A DNA stretch of 64,000 nucleotides from Escherichia phage CMS-2020a: the sequence record CP053388.1. The stretch is one strand, 5' to 3'. The translations under genes and the position numbers were made by a program. Below, piece by piece: positions 28,982-38,282 of the stretch; the first letter of the stretch is position 1, and each line of letters opens with the position of its first letter. Under the pieces are notes generated by a model. The model searched no databases and was not told the origin of the DNA. It saw nothing but the letters and a program-made list of their open reading frames with translations.

Positions 28982-29311
28982 TTACTCGAATACTTCAAGA
29001 AACTCCTGAACGTCCCAATGCTGGACGAGGTGAAGATAGACCTTAGAAATCACGTCATTTTCGCTATCGCATGTGAAGTAGTACTTCTGGCTGCGGTTGT
29101 ATGTGTCCACACAAAATTCGCTCATATCCATAAAGTCAGCATCTTCACCCAGGTCGCTGATCATCAAAGCAGGTGCGTCATCACGAGTCATCAGTTCCAG
29201 CACCCATCTTGAATTGATCAGAGTGGAAGACCAACCTTCTAACTCATAAAACTGATCAAACTCTTTTTGAGTTAATTTCTTGATTTGGTTGATGTCGATA
29301 TTTGTAAACAT
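28982..29311 (-). CDS. Acidic hypothetical protein (start adjusted to second Met)
   Basis: RBS aagga before ATG at 29311; motif A variant at 29324-29338. Confidence 0.5.
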   Translation of the reverse strand: MFTNIDINQIKKLTQKEFDQFYELEGWSSTLINSRWVLELMTRDDAPALMISDLGEDADFMDMSEFCVDTYNRSQKYYFTCDSENDVISKVYLHLVQHWDVQEFLEVFE

Positions 29312-29671
29312 AAAGCAATCCTTAAACATGTTGTTTTCTTGATGGTGTTATTATCGCAATAACACACAGGCGGAAAAGGATTTTATTCCGGTGAATGTGG
29401 TTTTGGCAGTGAGTTTTCAGGTTCAGTACCGAGTACACTTTTTACATTATTCTGATTTAGTGGCCGAAAGTGGCTGGTGGCAGAGTAATCCTCTCCCCAA
29501 AAACCTACTGAAATCGATTGTGCCCCGTTGGCTGTCTGGCACAATTACGCTGTAGCTGGGCATTCAGAGGGAATCCAGCGGTAAGCAAGTCCGCCTACGT
29601 GAGCGCCTCTCTTCTTCCCGCACATTACAGGTGGGTAGCCGCAACTCTCCCTCTCGCTATACCGGTACGCC

Positions 29672-29806
29672 ACCGTTCCTGAACCGGCATCGAGCCTTCT
29701 CCCGAAATCCACACAGGCAACTCGACCGTTTCTCTGAAAACCTCCAGCCGTTCCCCGAAGGCAACCCAGCCGTTTCTGTAGCGGGATGCAGCCTTTTCCC
29801 TGTATG
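29672..29806. repeat. Iteron-like array, type 1, cluster 2
   Basis: Six copies of (A/G)(G/A)CC(G/T)TT(T/C)(C/T)C: accgttcctgaacc, agccttctcccgaaatcc, gaccgtttctctgaaaacc, agccgttccccgaagg, agccgtttctgtagcgg, agccttttccctgtatgg at about 21-22 bp spacing. Confidence 0.5.
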
Positions 29807-30131
29807 GACCGAAGGCTGACCGTAGGGGTGTTACGGGGGGATAAAATCAGGAGTTGAATAAATACGAAAAAGGAGGCGACACCTCTCCTTCCCTCCCCAC
29901 TTATACATACCTGGCTTCTTCGCTATACATGTTGTGTTTTCTTCGTGTTTTATCTGTCTCAACCTCTCTATAGGCGTTAATGCTCACTCCTTCCAGAACG
30001 TTCTATACGGCGACTATTTCTGTTGGTGAATTGGGTGTGTTGTTTTCTCTGTCGGTGTATGTGGTTTCGTTCGTTTTGCGGTGGTTCTTCTAGGGGGTGT
30101 TCTCGTCGTTTTGGTGATTGTTCTTCTCCAT

Positions 30132-30490
30132 GTATGGAGTAATGGCAGGTGGGCGATTCCTTTCGTTGTTGTGTTTGAGTTGTTTGTCTGGAGTGCGTGA
30201 AGGGCTTTTGTAGTTATTCGTGTATTGGGTAATGGCGTTTCCCGTGATTGTTATGTTTCGTGTCTTTTGGGATTGAGAGAATCCTTGTGGTTACAGGCTT
30301 CGTTGGGGTTTCAGTGATTCTGGTGTTTCTTCGCTGTTTGGGTAATGGCCTGTCGTGGGTATCGCGCGTATGAATGTTTTCGGATTGCCTGTGAAAGTTA
30401 GGTTGGTTGTCCGGTAGCCTGGGGAGAAGAGGTGGGTCTTTTCGGTAGCCTGCCATAAAGAGGTTGGTTGTTTTTGGGAATGGCATGTGT
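30132..30490. repeat. Degenerate tandem repeats in a GT-skewed non-coding tract
   Basis: ggagtaatggcaggtggg (30132), ttgggtaatggcgtttcc (30222), ttgggtaatggcctgtcg (30338), ttgggaatggcatgtgtg (30473) about 100-130 bp apart; only short low-complexity ORFs. Confidence 0.5.
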
Positions 30491-30864
30491 GTTATTTAGT
30501 TGTTTTGTTATACCTGAAAATGAGTTGTTTATATGGTTGTGTAACGCAACGGGAGCGATTTTGAGCGTGTGTTTTTGTTGGTAGTGTGTTGGGTCGTCTG
30601 TGGTGAAAATTGGACGCTGTGGCGCTGTCTGCTGCGTAGAGTTACGGGTATAAGAAGTGATGTGTGAAAACGTCAATTTTTTAGACCAAATCGGGTGAAA
30701 GCGTTGACGTTTCGTTGATCTGTTATTTAGTTGTTTTCTTATTTGTATAAACAACCATAACCTATTGATATTTAAAGATATGATTGCAGCTATGGAAGGG
30801 GAGTAGTGGCGATCAACGGATTCTTATAGAAAAGAATCAAATTGTGACCGCCATTATCAATGTT

Positions 30865-31599
30865 TTACATAGTTTTGTTTAGCAGAGAGAGAATTTCATC
30901 ACTAATTTCACTCGCCTGTTTTATAGCCAATGCAGTTACCTCTTCTATGGTTGGTGACTGTTGATGCTCATGTTTGGTTTCAGTTATGACAATGTGTTCT
31001 TCACCTGAATTTGCGCATAGTGCCGCATTGACGATAAGGTTTGAGTAAGAATTTAGCAGAGCACTGTTGATAAACGCTTTCACGGTATTACTGTCTGCAC
31101 CAAATACATCTTTTCTGACCGCTTCAGCCTCACAGCGAACCCCTGCAGCAACATCGTGAAGAACATGTATGGCCTTGGGGCTTGTTTGTTCACAGTACTC
31201 AATCATTATTGTCGAATTGTTCTGTTCAACAAACGATCTGATGCCTGACGATTCACCCATAGCATCGAAGGCAGCGTGACCCGCACTGGTAGAGATATCT
31301 TCATAGAGTTCTTCATCGCTATCTTTTTCTTCAGGTGTCGAGGTGTCTTCATCGTCGTAATAGATATTGCCTTTAATCAGTGTTTTGGACACTTGATATA
31401 AACAATAAGAAACGAGATTTAAGCATTGGATTTTAGCTGTATTGTCCTTTGTCGCCTCGCTCTTCAGTTCTTTCGCTTCTTCAGTAAGGCTGTTGATAAG
31501 ACTTTGTATTTTTTCCAACGCGTTAGGCGCACACTCCGCGTTGTCCATAAAGAATTTATAACCAGTCCCAGGGATTTCTAAACTTTTCAACTTTTTCAT
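30865..31599 (-). CDS. Hypothetical protein
   Basis: 244 aa ORF downstream of the 99-aa gene. Confidence 0.5.
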   Translation of the reverse strand: MKKLKSLEIPGTGYKFFMDNAECAPNALEKIQSLINSLTEEAKELKSEATKDNTAKIQCLNLVSYCLYQVSKTLIKGNIYYDDEDTSTPEEKDSDEELYEDISTSAGHAAFDAMGESSGIRSFVEQNNSTIMIEYCEQTSPKAIHVLHDVAAGVRCEAEAVRKDVFGADSNTVKAFINSALLNSYSNLIVNAALCANSGEEHIVITETKHEHQQSPTIEEVTALAIKQASEISDEILSLLNKTM

Positions 31600-31644
31600 T
31601 TCTTTGATAATCCTAAAAACAAACTACCAATGCTTTAATATCTG

Positions 31645-31944
31645 TTACCAGTTCCAGCACTCAAGCCCTTCAACGACTGGTGCTCCACAATCAAAATGTA
31701 CAGAGTCAAAGCCTACATCAAGTACTTTCTGAATGTTAGCAATCGCGCCTTCGGATATACCATATCGACGCAAGTCGTCTTTCCAGACATCATCCTGTAA
31801 CCCGGCGTGAACAATACAACCGCCATCAATTTGTGAAACCCAATCCAGCTCATTGCTTGCGATCATGAATCGGCGAGCATCTTCCTCTGATGTATGAGAT
31901 GAACTGATCAATGCCACCTGGTAGGCTTGGGTAATGTTCAACAT
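31645..31944 (-). CDS. Hypothetical protein
   Basis: 99 aa; two copies of motif A upstream (31957-31972 and 32007-32022). Confidence 0.5.
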   Translation of the reverse strand: MLNITQAYQVALISSSHTSEEDARRFMIASNELDWVSQIDGGCIVHAGLQDDVWKDDLRRYGISEGAIANIQKVLDVGFDSVHFDCGAPVVEGLECWNW

Positions 31945-31956
31945 TTCAACTACTCC

Positions 31957-32022
31957 AAAACAAGTTGTTTTCTTATGTGGCTTATTATCTCAATCAACAA
32001 AAGGTAGAAAACAAATTGTTTT
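31957..32022. promoter_or_regulatory. Tandem motif A sites (AACAAGTTGTTTTC type)
   Basis: aaaacaagttgttttc and gaaaacaaattgtttt upstream of the 31944 start; same motif upstream of at least ten other genes. Confidence 0.5.
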
Positions 32023-32053
32023 AGGGCTTGTGTAAATCAGGAGGGATTGTGTC

Positions 32054-32083
32054 TATATGAAAATGCCCGGCGTGTTGCCGGGC
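32054..32083 (-). terminator. metG rho-independent terminator
   Basis: Minus strand hairpin gcccggcaacacgccgggc followed by attttcatata. Confidence 0.7.
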
Positions 32084-32105
32084 ATTGTGAAAAATGGTTG
32101 TTTAG

Positions 32106-34139
32106 TTACTTAACTTGGTGGCCTGGTTTAGCACCAGCATCCGGGCTTAACAGGAAGATATCTTTTCCGCCAGGGCCAGCAGCCATCACCATGCCTTCGG
32201 AGATACCGAAGCGCATTTTACGCGGTGCCAGGTTAGCCACCATAATGGTGTGACGACCAATCAGTGCCTGTGGATCTGGATAAGCGGAACGAATGCCTGA
32301 GAAGACATTACGTTTTTCTCCGCCGAGATCCAGTGTCAGGCGCAGCAGTTTGTCAGAACCTTCGACAAACTCCGCGTTTTCAATCAGCGCCACACGCAGG
32401 TCAACTTTGGCGAAGTCGTCAAAGGTGATGGTTTCCTGAATCGGGGCGTCAGCCAGTGGGCCAGTTACCGGTGCAGCTGTGGCTTTCACTTCTTCTTTGG
32501 ATGCTTCCACCAGTGCTTCCACCTGTTTCATATCGATACGGTTATACAGTGCCTTGAACGGATTCACTTTATGGCCCAGCAGCGGTTGCTGGATACCATC
32601 CCAGGTCAGTTCTGTATTCAGGAATGCTTCTGCACGTTCAGTCAGTTTCGGCAGTACCGGTTTCAGGTACGTCATCAGCACGCGGAACAGGTTAATGCCC
32701 ATAGAGCAAATCGCCTGCAGATCGGCATCGCGTCCTTCCTGCTTCGCCACCACCCACGGAGCCTGTTCATCAACATAGCGGTTAGCCAGGTCAGCCAGTG
32801 CCATGATTTCACGGATAGCTTTGCCAAATTCGCGGCTTTCCCATGCTTCGCCAATCACTTCAGCGGCATCAGTAAAGGTTTTGTACAGTTGCGGGTCAGC
32901 CAGTTCGCTTGCCAGCACGCCGTCAAAACGCTTGTTGATAAAGCCTGCATTACGGGAGGCCAGGTTAACCACTTTGTTCACGATATCGGCATTCACGCGC
33001 TGAACGAAATCTTCCAGGTTGAGATCGATATCATCAATGCGCGAAGAGAGTTTCGCAGTGTAGTAGTAACGCAGGCTGTCGGCGTCAAAATGATTCAGCC
33101 AGGTGCTGGCTTTAATAAAGGTGCCGCGAGACTTGGACATCTTCGCACCGTTCACCGTCACATAGCCATGAACAAACAGGTTGGTCGGCTTGCGGAAGTT
33201 GCTGCCTTCTAGCATGGCAGGCCAGAACAGGCTGTGGAAGTAAACGATATCTTTGCCGATGAAGTGGTACAGCTCGGCGGTGGAGTCTTTCTTCCAGTAT
33301 TCGTCGAAGCTGGTAGTGTCGCCGCGTTTGTCGCACAGATTCTTGAAGGAACCCATGTAGCCAATCGGCGCGTCCAGCCAGACGTAGAAGTATTTGCCCG
33401 GTGCGTTCGGAATTTCAAAACCGAAGTAAGGTGCGTCACGGGAGATATCCCACTGTTGCAGGCCAGATTCAAACCACTCCTGCATTTTGTTTGCCACCTG
33501 CTCCTGCAACGCACCGCTGCGGGTCCATGCCTGCAACATTTCGCTGAAAGAAGGCAGATCAAAGAAGAAGTGTTCGGAATCACGCATTACCGGTGTAGCG
33601 CCAGAAACTACCGATTTCGGCTCGATCAGTTCCGTCGGGCTGTATGTCGCGCCGCAGACTTCACAGTTATCGCCGTATTGATCCGGCGCTTTACATTTCG
33701 GGCATGTGCCTTTTACAAAACGGTCCGGCAGGAACATGCCTTTTTCCGGGTCGTACAGCTGAGAGATGGTGCGGTTTTTAATAAAACCGTTCTCTTTCAG
33801 GCGAGTGTAGATAAGCTCGGACAACTGACGGTTCTCTTCGCTGTGCGTCGAGTGATAGTTGTCATAGCTGATGTTAAAGCCTGCGAAATCAGTCTGATGT
33901 TCCTGACTCATTTCGCCAATCATCTGCTCCGGTGTGATACCAAGCTGCTGTGCTTTCAGCATGATCGGCGTACCGTGGGCATCGTCGGCACAGATGAAAT
34001 TAACCTCGTGGCCGCGCATTCGCTGGTAACGAACCCAGACATCAGCCTGGATGTGCTCCAGCATATGGCCGAGGTGGATTGAGCCGTTAGCGTACGGCAG
34101 CGCGCACGTCACCAGAATTTTCTTCGCGACTTGGGTCAT
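32106..34139 (-). CDS. metG: Methionyl-tRNA synthetase
   Basis: 677 aa from [29 protein letters not shown] (HIGH motif) through KMSKS to the C-terminal dimerisation/tRNA-binding domain; matches E. coli MetG nearly residue for residue from memory. The track ORF (to 34268) adds a spurious 43-aa extension. Confidence 0.95.
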   Translation of the reverse strand: MTQVAKKILVTCALPYANGSIHLGHMLEHIQADVWVRYQRMRGHEVNFICADDAHGTPIMLKAQQLGITPEQMIGEMSQEHQTDFAGFNISYDNYHSTHSEENRQLSELIYTRLKENGFIKNRTISQLYDPEKGMFLPDRFVKGTCPKCKAPDQYGDNCEVCGATYSPTELIEPKSVVSGATPVMRDSEHFFFDLPSFSEMLQAWTRSGALQEQVANKMQEWFESGLQQWDISRDAPYFGFEIPNAPGKYFYVWLDAPIGYMGSFKNLCDKRGDTTSFDEYWKKDSTAELYHFIGKDIVYFHSLFWPAMLEGSNFRKPTNLFVHGYVTVNGAKMSKSRGTFIKASTWLNHFDADSLRYYYTAKLSSRIDDIDLNLEDFVQRVNADIVNKVVNLASRNAGFINKRFDGVLASELADPQLYKTFTDAAEVIGEAWESREFGKAIREIMALADLANRYVDEQAPWVVAKQEGRDADLQAICSMGINLFRVLMTYLKPVLPKLTERAEAFLNTELTWDGIQQPLLGHKVNPFKALYNRIDMKQVEALVEASKEEVKATAAPVTGPLADAPIQETITFDDFAKVDLRVALIENAEFVEGSDKLLRLTLDLGGEKRNVFSGIRSAYPDPQALIGRHTIMVANLAPRKMRFGISEGMVMAAGPGGKDIFLLSPDAGAKPGHQVK

Positions 34140-34296
34140 AGTAGGCATTACTTCTTTGTAGTGAAAAGGGGCTTGATAGTAACAAAATGGCCTTATGTCT
34201 GCCATGTGATAACAGCATTTCTCATAAATGATTAAATGTCGTAGCTGGAGTACACTACAAGGCGACAATTGCGCAAATTAAAATAAAGGAGACGGG

Positions 34297-35397
34297 ATGA
34301 GCGAGTCCAAATCGCCGGATGCCCTGAGAGCAATGGTAGCCGGTACGCTGGCTAATTTTCAGCACCCAACCCTGAAACACAACCTGACTACGCTTAAAGC
34401 GTTACACCATGTTGCGTTGATGGATGACACACTGCATGTCGAACTAATCATGCCTTTCGTGTGGAATAAGCCTTTTGAAGACCTGAAAGAGCAATGTAGT
34501 GGTGATCTGCTCCGTATCACTGGCGCAAAGGCTATTGACTGGAAGCTGTCGTACAACATTGCCACGCTTAAGCGTGTCAAAAACCAACCAGGCATTAATG
34601 GCGTTAAGAACATTATCGCCGTCAGCTCAGGCAAGGGCGGCGTGGGTAAATCCTCCACGGCGGTAAACCTGGCACTGGCGTTGGCTGCTGAAGGTGCGAA
34701 AGTTGGTATTTTGGATGCCGATATCTATGGTCCATCAATTCCAACCATGCTGGGCGCGGAAAACCAACGTCCAACCTCACCTGACGGTACTCACATGGCA
34801 CCTATCATGTCTCATGGCCTGGCAACCAACTCTATTGGTTATCTGGTCACCGACGACAATGCAATGGTGTGGCGTGGACCGATGGCCAGCAAGGCGCTGA
34901 TGCAGATGTTGCAGGAAACATTGTGGCCTGATCTGGACTATCTTGTTCTCGATATGCCGCCGGGCACTGGTGATATTCAGTTGACGCTGGCGCAGAACAT
35001 TCCTGTAACTGGTGCTGTTGTGGTAACTACGCCGCAAGACATCGCGCTGATCGATGCGAAGAAAGGCATTGTGATGTTCGAAAAAGTCGAAGTGCCGGTA
35101 CTGGGTATCGTTGAAAACATGAGTGTGCATATTTGCAGTAACTGCGGTCATCACGAGCCAATTTTTGGCACCGGTGGCGCACAGAAACTGGCCGAGAAAT
35201 ACAACACGCAGTTGTTAGGCCAAATGCCACTTCATATCTCTCTTCGTGAAGATCTGGATAACGGAACACCAACCGTTATTAGTCGTCCAGATAGCGAATT
35301 TACAGCTATTTATCGTGACCTCGCAGATCGCGTTGCCGCCCAAATGTATTGGCAAGGTGAAGTAATACCTGGCGAAATCGCATTCCGCGCAGTGTGA
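34297..35397 (+). CDS. apbC: Fe-S cluster carrier ATPase ApbC/Mrp
   Basis: Deviant Walker A SGKGGVGKSSTAVNLA, CxxC motif (ICSNCGHH); divergent from metG exactly as in the E. coli mrp-metG locus. Confidence 0.9.
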   Translation: MSESKSPDALRAMVAGTLANFQHPTLKHNLTTLKALHHVALMDDTLHVELIMPFVWNKPFEDLKEQCSGDLLRITGAKAIDWKLSYNIATLKRVKNQPGINGVKNIIAVSSGKGGVGKSSTAVNLALALAAEGAKVGILDADIYGPSIPTMLGAENQRPTSPDGTHMAPIMSHGLATNSIGYLVTDDNAMVWRGPMASKALMQMLQETLWPDLDYLVLDMPPGTGDIQLTLAQNIPVTGAVVVTTPQDIALIDAKKGIVMFEKVEVPVLGIVENMSVHICSNCGHHEPIFGTGGAQKLAEKYNTQLLGQMPLHISLREDLDNGTPTVISRPDSEFTAIYRDLADRVAAQMYWQGEVIPGEIAFRAV

Positions 35398-35423
35398 TAA
35401 AAAGGCGGTGCATTGCACCGCCT
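35395..35423 (-). terminator. Terminator hairpin between apbC and the UmuD'-like gene
   Basis: Palindrome aggcggtgcattgcaccgcct; minus-strand reading is followed by tttttatca. Confidence 0.55.
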
Positions 35424-35434
35424 AATCAGTTCTC

Positions 35435-35824
35435 CTACATCACGGGACAATCATCAAACTCGCCACTTCTTGCGTCGTTGATAATGTGAGTGATCACACC
35501 AAACACGGCATTGCTGCCCGTGCATCCATCGTCATCCTTTGGCAATGCTTCCTTCTTACCGGTTCTTAAATCCTCCAGATGCTGACGTGGGTACTTCCGG
35601 TATCTTTTTACGCGATATTCCCCATCCAGAGCGCATACAAGCAGAGAACCATCAACCGGGGTAAGTGAGGAATCGACCACCAGCAATGCACCCTGTAATA
35701 TTCCCTCACGATGATGACTATCAGCTGCCCTCATGAAGTAGGTCGCTGAAGGATGTCTAATTATCTGCTGATCAAGAGAAATACGGCTCTCAACATAATC
35801 CGCCGCAGGAGAAGGGAAGCCCAT
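35435..35824 (-). CDS. umuD: UmuD'-like protein (pre-truncated UmuD analog, P1 HumD-like)
   Basis: Starts MGFPSPAADYVE, i.e. at the Gly after the UmuD Cys-Gly cleavage site; Ser and Lys of the catalytic dyad conserved in alignment; LexA box immediately upstream. Confidence 0.8.
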   Translation of the reverse strand: MGFPSPAADYVESRISLDQQIIRHPSATYFMRAADSHHREGILQGALLVVDSSLTPVDGSLLVCALDGEYRVKRYRKYPRQHLEDLRTGKKEALPKDDDGCTGSNAVFGVITHIINDARSGEFDDCPVM

Positions 35825-35840
35825 AATACTCGCCTCTTAA

Positions 35841-35860
35841 TACTGTATACACATACAGTA
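35841..35860. promoter_or_regulatory. LexA (SOS) box
   Basis: TACTGTATACACATACAGTA = CTGT-N8-ACAG palindrome, 17 bp upstream of the UmuD'-like start codon. Confidence 0.8.
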
Positions 35861-36180
35861 TATATTGAAGCTATATATTTTTGAACTCTATCTCTTAAAA
35901 AAGATGTTAATAAGATGCTAACTATTGAAAGGCATAAATATATACAATTCAAACAAACGTTATTTTTAACAAATTTTTTCTTCCCATTGACTTTTTCGAA
36001 CGCCTTGTCCGGTCTAAAGTGCGCAGAAGTCACTTTTTCCTTCCTGAGTTATCCACAGGCTTATGCACTTGCATGAAAAATCTATTCACACTATCTTAAT
36101 TCGCAAGACACTGATGTTGCAGTATTGAGGGTATGTTGGGTTAAAAATAGACATTAAAAAGCCCAGTTGACTAGGCTGGG

Positions 36181-36212
36181 CTTTTTAAAAGGAAACAGAG
36201 TTTGCGGCTCTG
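36181..36212 (+). terminator. Rho-independent terminator (plus orientation) in the AT-rich non-coding region
   Basis: Hairpin agcccagttgactaggctgggct followed by ttttt. Confidence 0.5.
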
Positions 36213-36582
36213 TTCCTGAGCCATAAGTATCTGGCGACTGAGCTAAGATTAACCGAATGTACTGGATTCATCAAGAAACGTTGAGTGGTCATACTAGGTA
36301 ATAATGACCATTTACTAAACATCGTTGTTCTCAAAGAAGATTTAAGTCCAGGTTTTTGGTGACTCTAAAACCTTACCTTAACTCGAAATCGTGCCGTAAG
36401 TATCTGGCGACTACAGATATTGCAACTGCAAAGGCAAGCTCAAAGGTATTTGCAGCTAGGTGCGATAAAACTAAGTGAGGCCTATAGTGCTTAACTTACT
36501 TTTCAAAATCGTGCCGCCTATGTTCGCAATCATCGAAGCGATCATTGAGTACGTCAACCAGCGCCCATAATGCTAGTTGTTA

Positions 36583-36612
36583 CCGGCCCCATCCAAATGG
36601 GGCCATTTTATT
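36583..36612 (+). terminator. Rho-independent terminator (plus orientation)
   Basis: Hairpin ggccccatccaaatggggcc followed by attttatt. Confidence 0.45.
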
Positions 36613-36619
36613 GTATTGA

Positions 36620-37252
36620 CTACATACTTTCTGATCTAATTGAGTTGTTCACTGCTCTGGCAATCTTCTCCCGCAATTGCTGCGCTCCGTGGTACTGAAC
36701 CGCAATATCCCGCAACTCGTTCACCAGTTCTCTAATCTGGTGATCTTTAAGCTCATTATTTGGGTGATGGGTAACAACTCTGGTTAATTCACCCTTGTCT
36801 TTTGCTCTTACGTATGCAGCTCTTGTGCATTCGACCCATGTATTACCGCCTACATTAACTTCGTAGATTAGGCTGGACTTATCTGTCAATTCGGAACAAA
36901 TACGGGCCGTGGTCTGGCAACTAGAGCATTCGCAGTTATCGCGGAAACCGTGATCTACCGGTCGAGAAAGAGGTTTAACTTTTTCATCCAACTTCATCAC
37001 AGCATCGTGATAAGCGTTCCAGCCGTCATCTTTACCAAGTTGATAAATCTCTGAAGGCTCCATGTAGTCTATATCGCAACCTTCTTCATCCGATCTATCT
37101 GGTCGCTTCCCTGGTAATCGCTCATAAAAACGTTTTCTGTCTCGACGTTCGGCTCTCAGAGCTAACGCAAGAAGTTGCTCAAGCGAGGTATTTGCACCAG
37201 CAATAATTTCATTGAGAATATCTTCTGTGAGATCTTTCGCTACCGTGCTCAT
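36620..37252 (-). CDS. Hypothetical protein
   Basis: 210 aa ORF coupled to the upstream gene. Confidence 0.5.
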   Translation of the reverse strand: MSTVAKDLTEDILNEIIAGANTSLEQLLALALRAERRDRKRFYERLPGKRPDRSDEEGCDIDYMEPSEIYQLGKDDGWNAYHDAVMKLDEKVKPLSRPVDHGFRDNCECSSCQTTARICSELTDKSSLIYEVNVGGNTWVECTRAAYVRAKDKGELTRVVTHHPNNELKDHQIRELVNELRDIAVQYHGAQQLREKIARAVNNSIRSESM

Positions 37253-37632
37253 TTATCTCTCTCAGTATGTTGCGATGGCGTAAATTTGACGACATCAAAT
37301 ATTTTGGATGGCATCAACTTTATCCGCGAGCTTAGTTCGGCTCTTCTCTGTAATGCGGTTAATAATGTTTTCGTTCTGACGCCTTCGTGTATCCTCATCC
37401 CTGGCACAAGAACTACATCGCAGGGGAGATGCTCAGGTGACAAATCATTTTGGGCATCGCTAATCAGTCGTGTAATCTCTCTTTCAAGCCGACCGCCTAG
37501 CTCTGTTTTAGTGCAATGTTCTGACCAATCGCCAGCCTCAAGCAGCGCGAGAATGCTTAAAATATCGTCCAATAGAACGGTAGTATTATCGACTTCCTTC
37601 TGAAACTCACCGGCTACTGATTTATGCATCAT
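37249..37632 (-). CDS. Hypothetical protein
   Basis: 127 aa ORF, ATGA-type overlaps on both sides. Confidence 0.5.
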   Translation of the reverse strand: MMHKSVAGEFQKEVDNTTVLLDDILSILALLEAGDWSEHCTKTELGGRLEREITRLISDAQNDLSPEHLPCDVVLVPGMRIHEGVRTKTLLTALQRRAELSSRIKLMPSKIFDVVKFTPSQHTERDK

Positions 37633-38282
37633 TCGTCATCCTCATCCGAGTCATCCTCATCACAGGATGAGAGTAGTGGGTTAGTCATTCGCCCTACTTG
37701 AGTGGCGTAGCCACGCCGACAGAGATTGCGCAGCACACTGTATATTTCGAACATCTCGGTTCGTTCATCGCCAACATCAAGCTCAGATGCTATAGCGTGG
37801 CATTCAGTCGCGAGAGCCGATATTTTCTGAAATAACTCTGCATTATTCACTGTTCGACTCCTGCGGCGTTCTGGTAGTGACATCCAGTGTGTGACATTGC
37901 TAATCAGACCATATTCATTAGTTTGAGGATGGTTGCCGTTAGCGTCTCCGTATTTAAGACTCTCCATAAAGCCATAATGCCTATCACCATTAACGCTCAC
38001 AAAGCCGTAATAAGCAGGTATAACGCCGATCTCACACGTAACCAGTAAAGGAAAACTAGTTCTCCAATTTAGCTCGCCAATTACAGGCATTCGCTCACTA
38101 CAGCTTATCCAACCATCCTTAGATGCGGCTGTATTGGCATAGGCCTTACGGTGCTTCTGTAGCTCTGCTGCAATCGCTCTCACGACTTCAACTGGTGCTC
38201 TTGCAGCAAACTCAATGTTGGTGATCAGCTCATTAAGATATTTCTCGCTTGGGTAGCATTTCTTATTGTTAACGGTGGTCAT
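37629..38282 (-). CDS. Hypothetical phage protein (possible DUF551-like)
   Basis: 217 aa with WISCSERMP ... WMSLPE segments and an acidic tail; family assignment from memory only. Confidence 0.4.
   Translation of the reverse strand: MTTVNNKKCYPSEKYLNELITNIEFAARAPVEVVRAIAAELQKHRKAYANTAASKDGWISCSERMPVIGELNWRTSFPLLVTCEIGVIPAYYGFVSVNGDRHYGFMESLKYGDANGNHPQTNEYGLISNVTHWMSLPERRRSRTVNNAELFQKISALATECHAIASELDVGDERTEMFEIYSVLRNLCRRGYATQVGRMTNPLLSSCDEDDSDEDDE

Noticed and set aside
26625-29480. Chi octamers (GCTGGTGG at 26625-26632 and 29473-29480; further copies in either orientation near 3243, 15197, 18058, 22773, 52247, 57197)
   Set aside because: Count not rigorously compared with expectation and orientations are mixed; noted as sites only, not claimed as an enriched anti-RecBCD feature.
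29631-30754. Short ORFs in the GT-rich tract (29631-29819 plus; 30214-30486 and 30398-30754 minus)
   Set aside because: Low-complexity Pro/Thr/Lys-rich translations of repetitive DNA with no RBS; treated as non-coding.
33234-34082. 282-aa plus-strand ORF antisense to metG, and similar antisense ORFs inside the tape measure gene (e.g. 3061-3603, 5395-5841, 6423-6959)
   Set aside because: They lie entirely within strongly supported genes on the opposite strand and have low-complexity composition; typical antisense ORF artefacts.
32106-34268. 720-aa track ORF for metG with a 43-aa N-terminal extension ([17 protein letters not shown]...)
   Set aside because: The extension has no counterpart in MetRS and the canonical start MTQVAKK at 34139 is the expected one; the extension is read-through of the upstream divergent promoter region.
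35761-36033. 90-aa ORF overlapping the LexA box and promoter of the UmuD'-like gene
   Set aside because: Covers regulatory DNA, hydrophobic low-complexity translation, no RBS.
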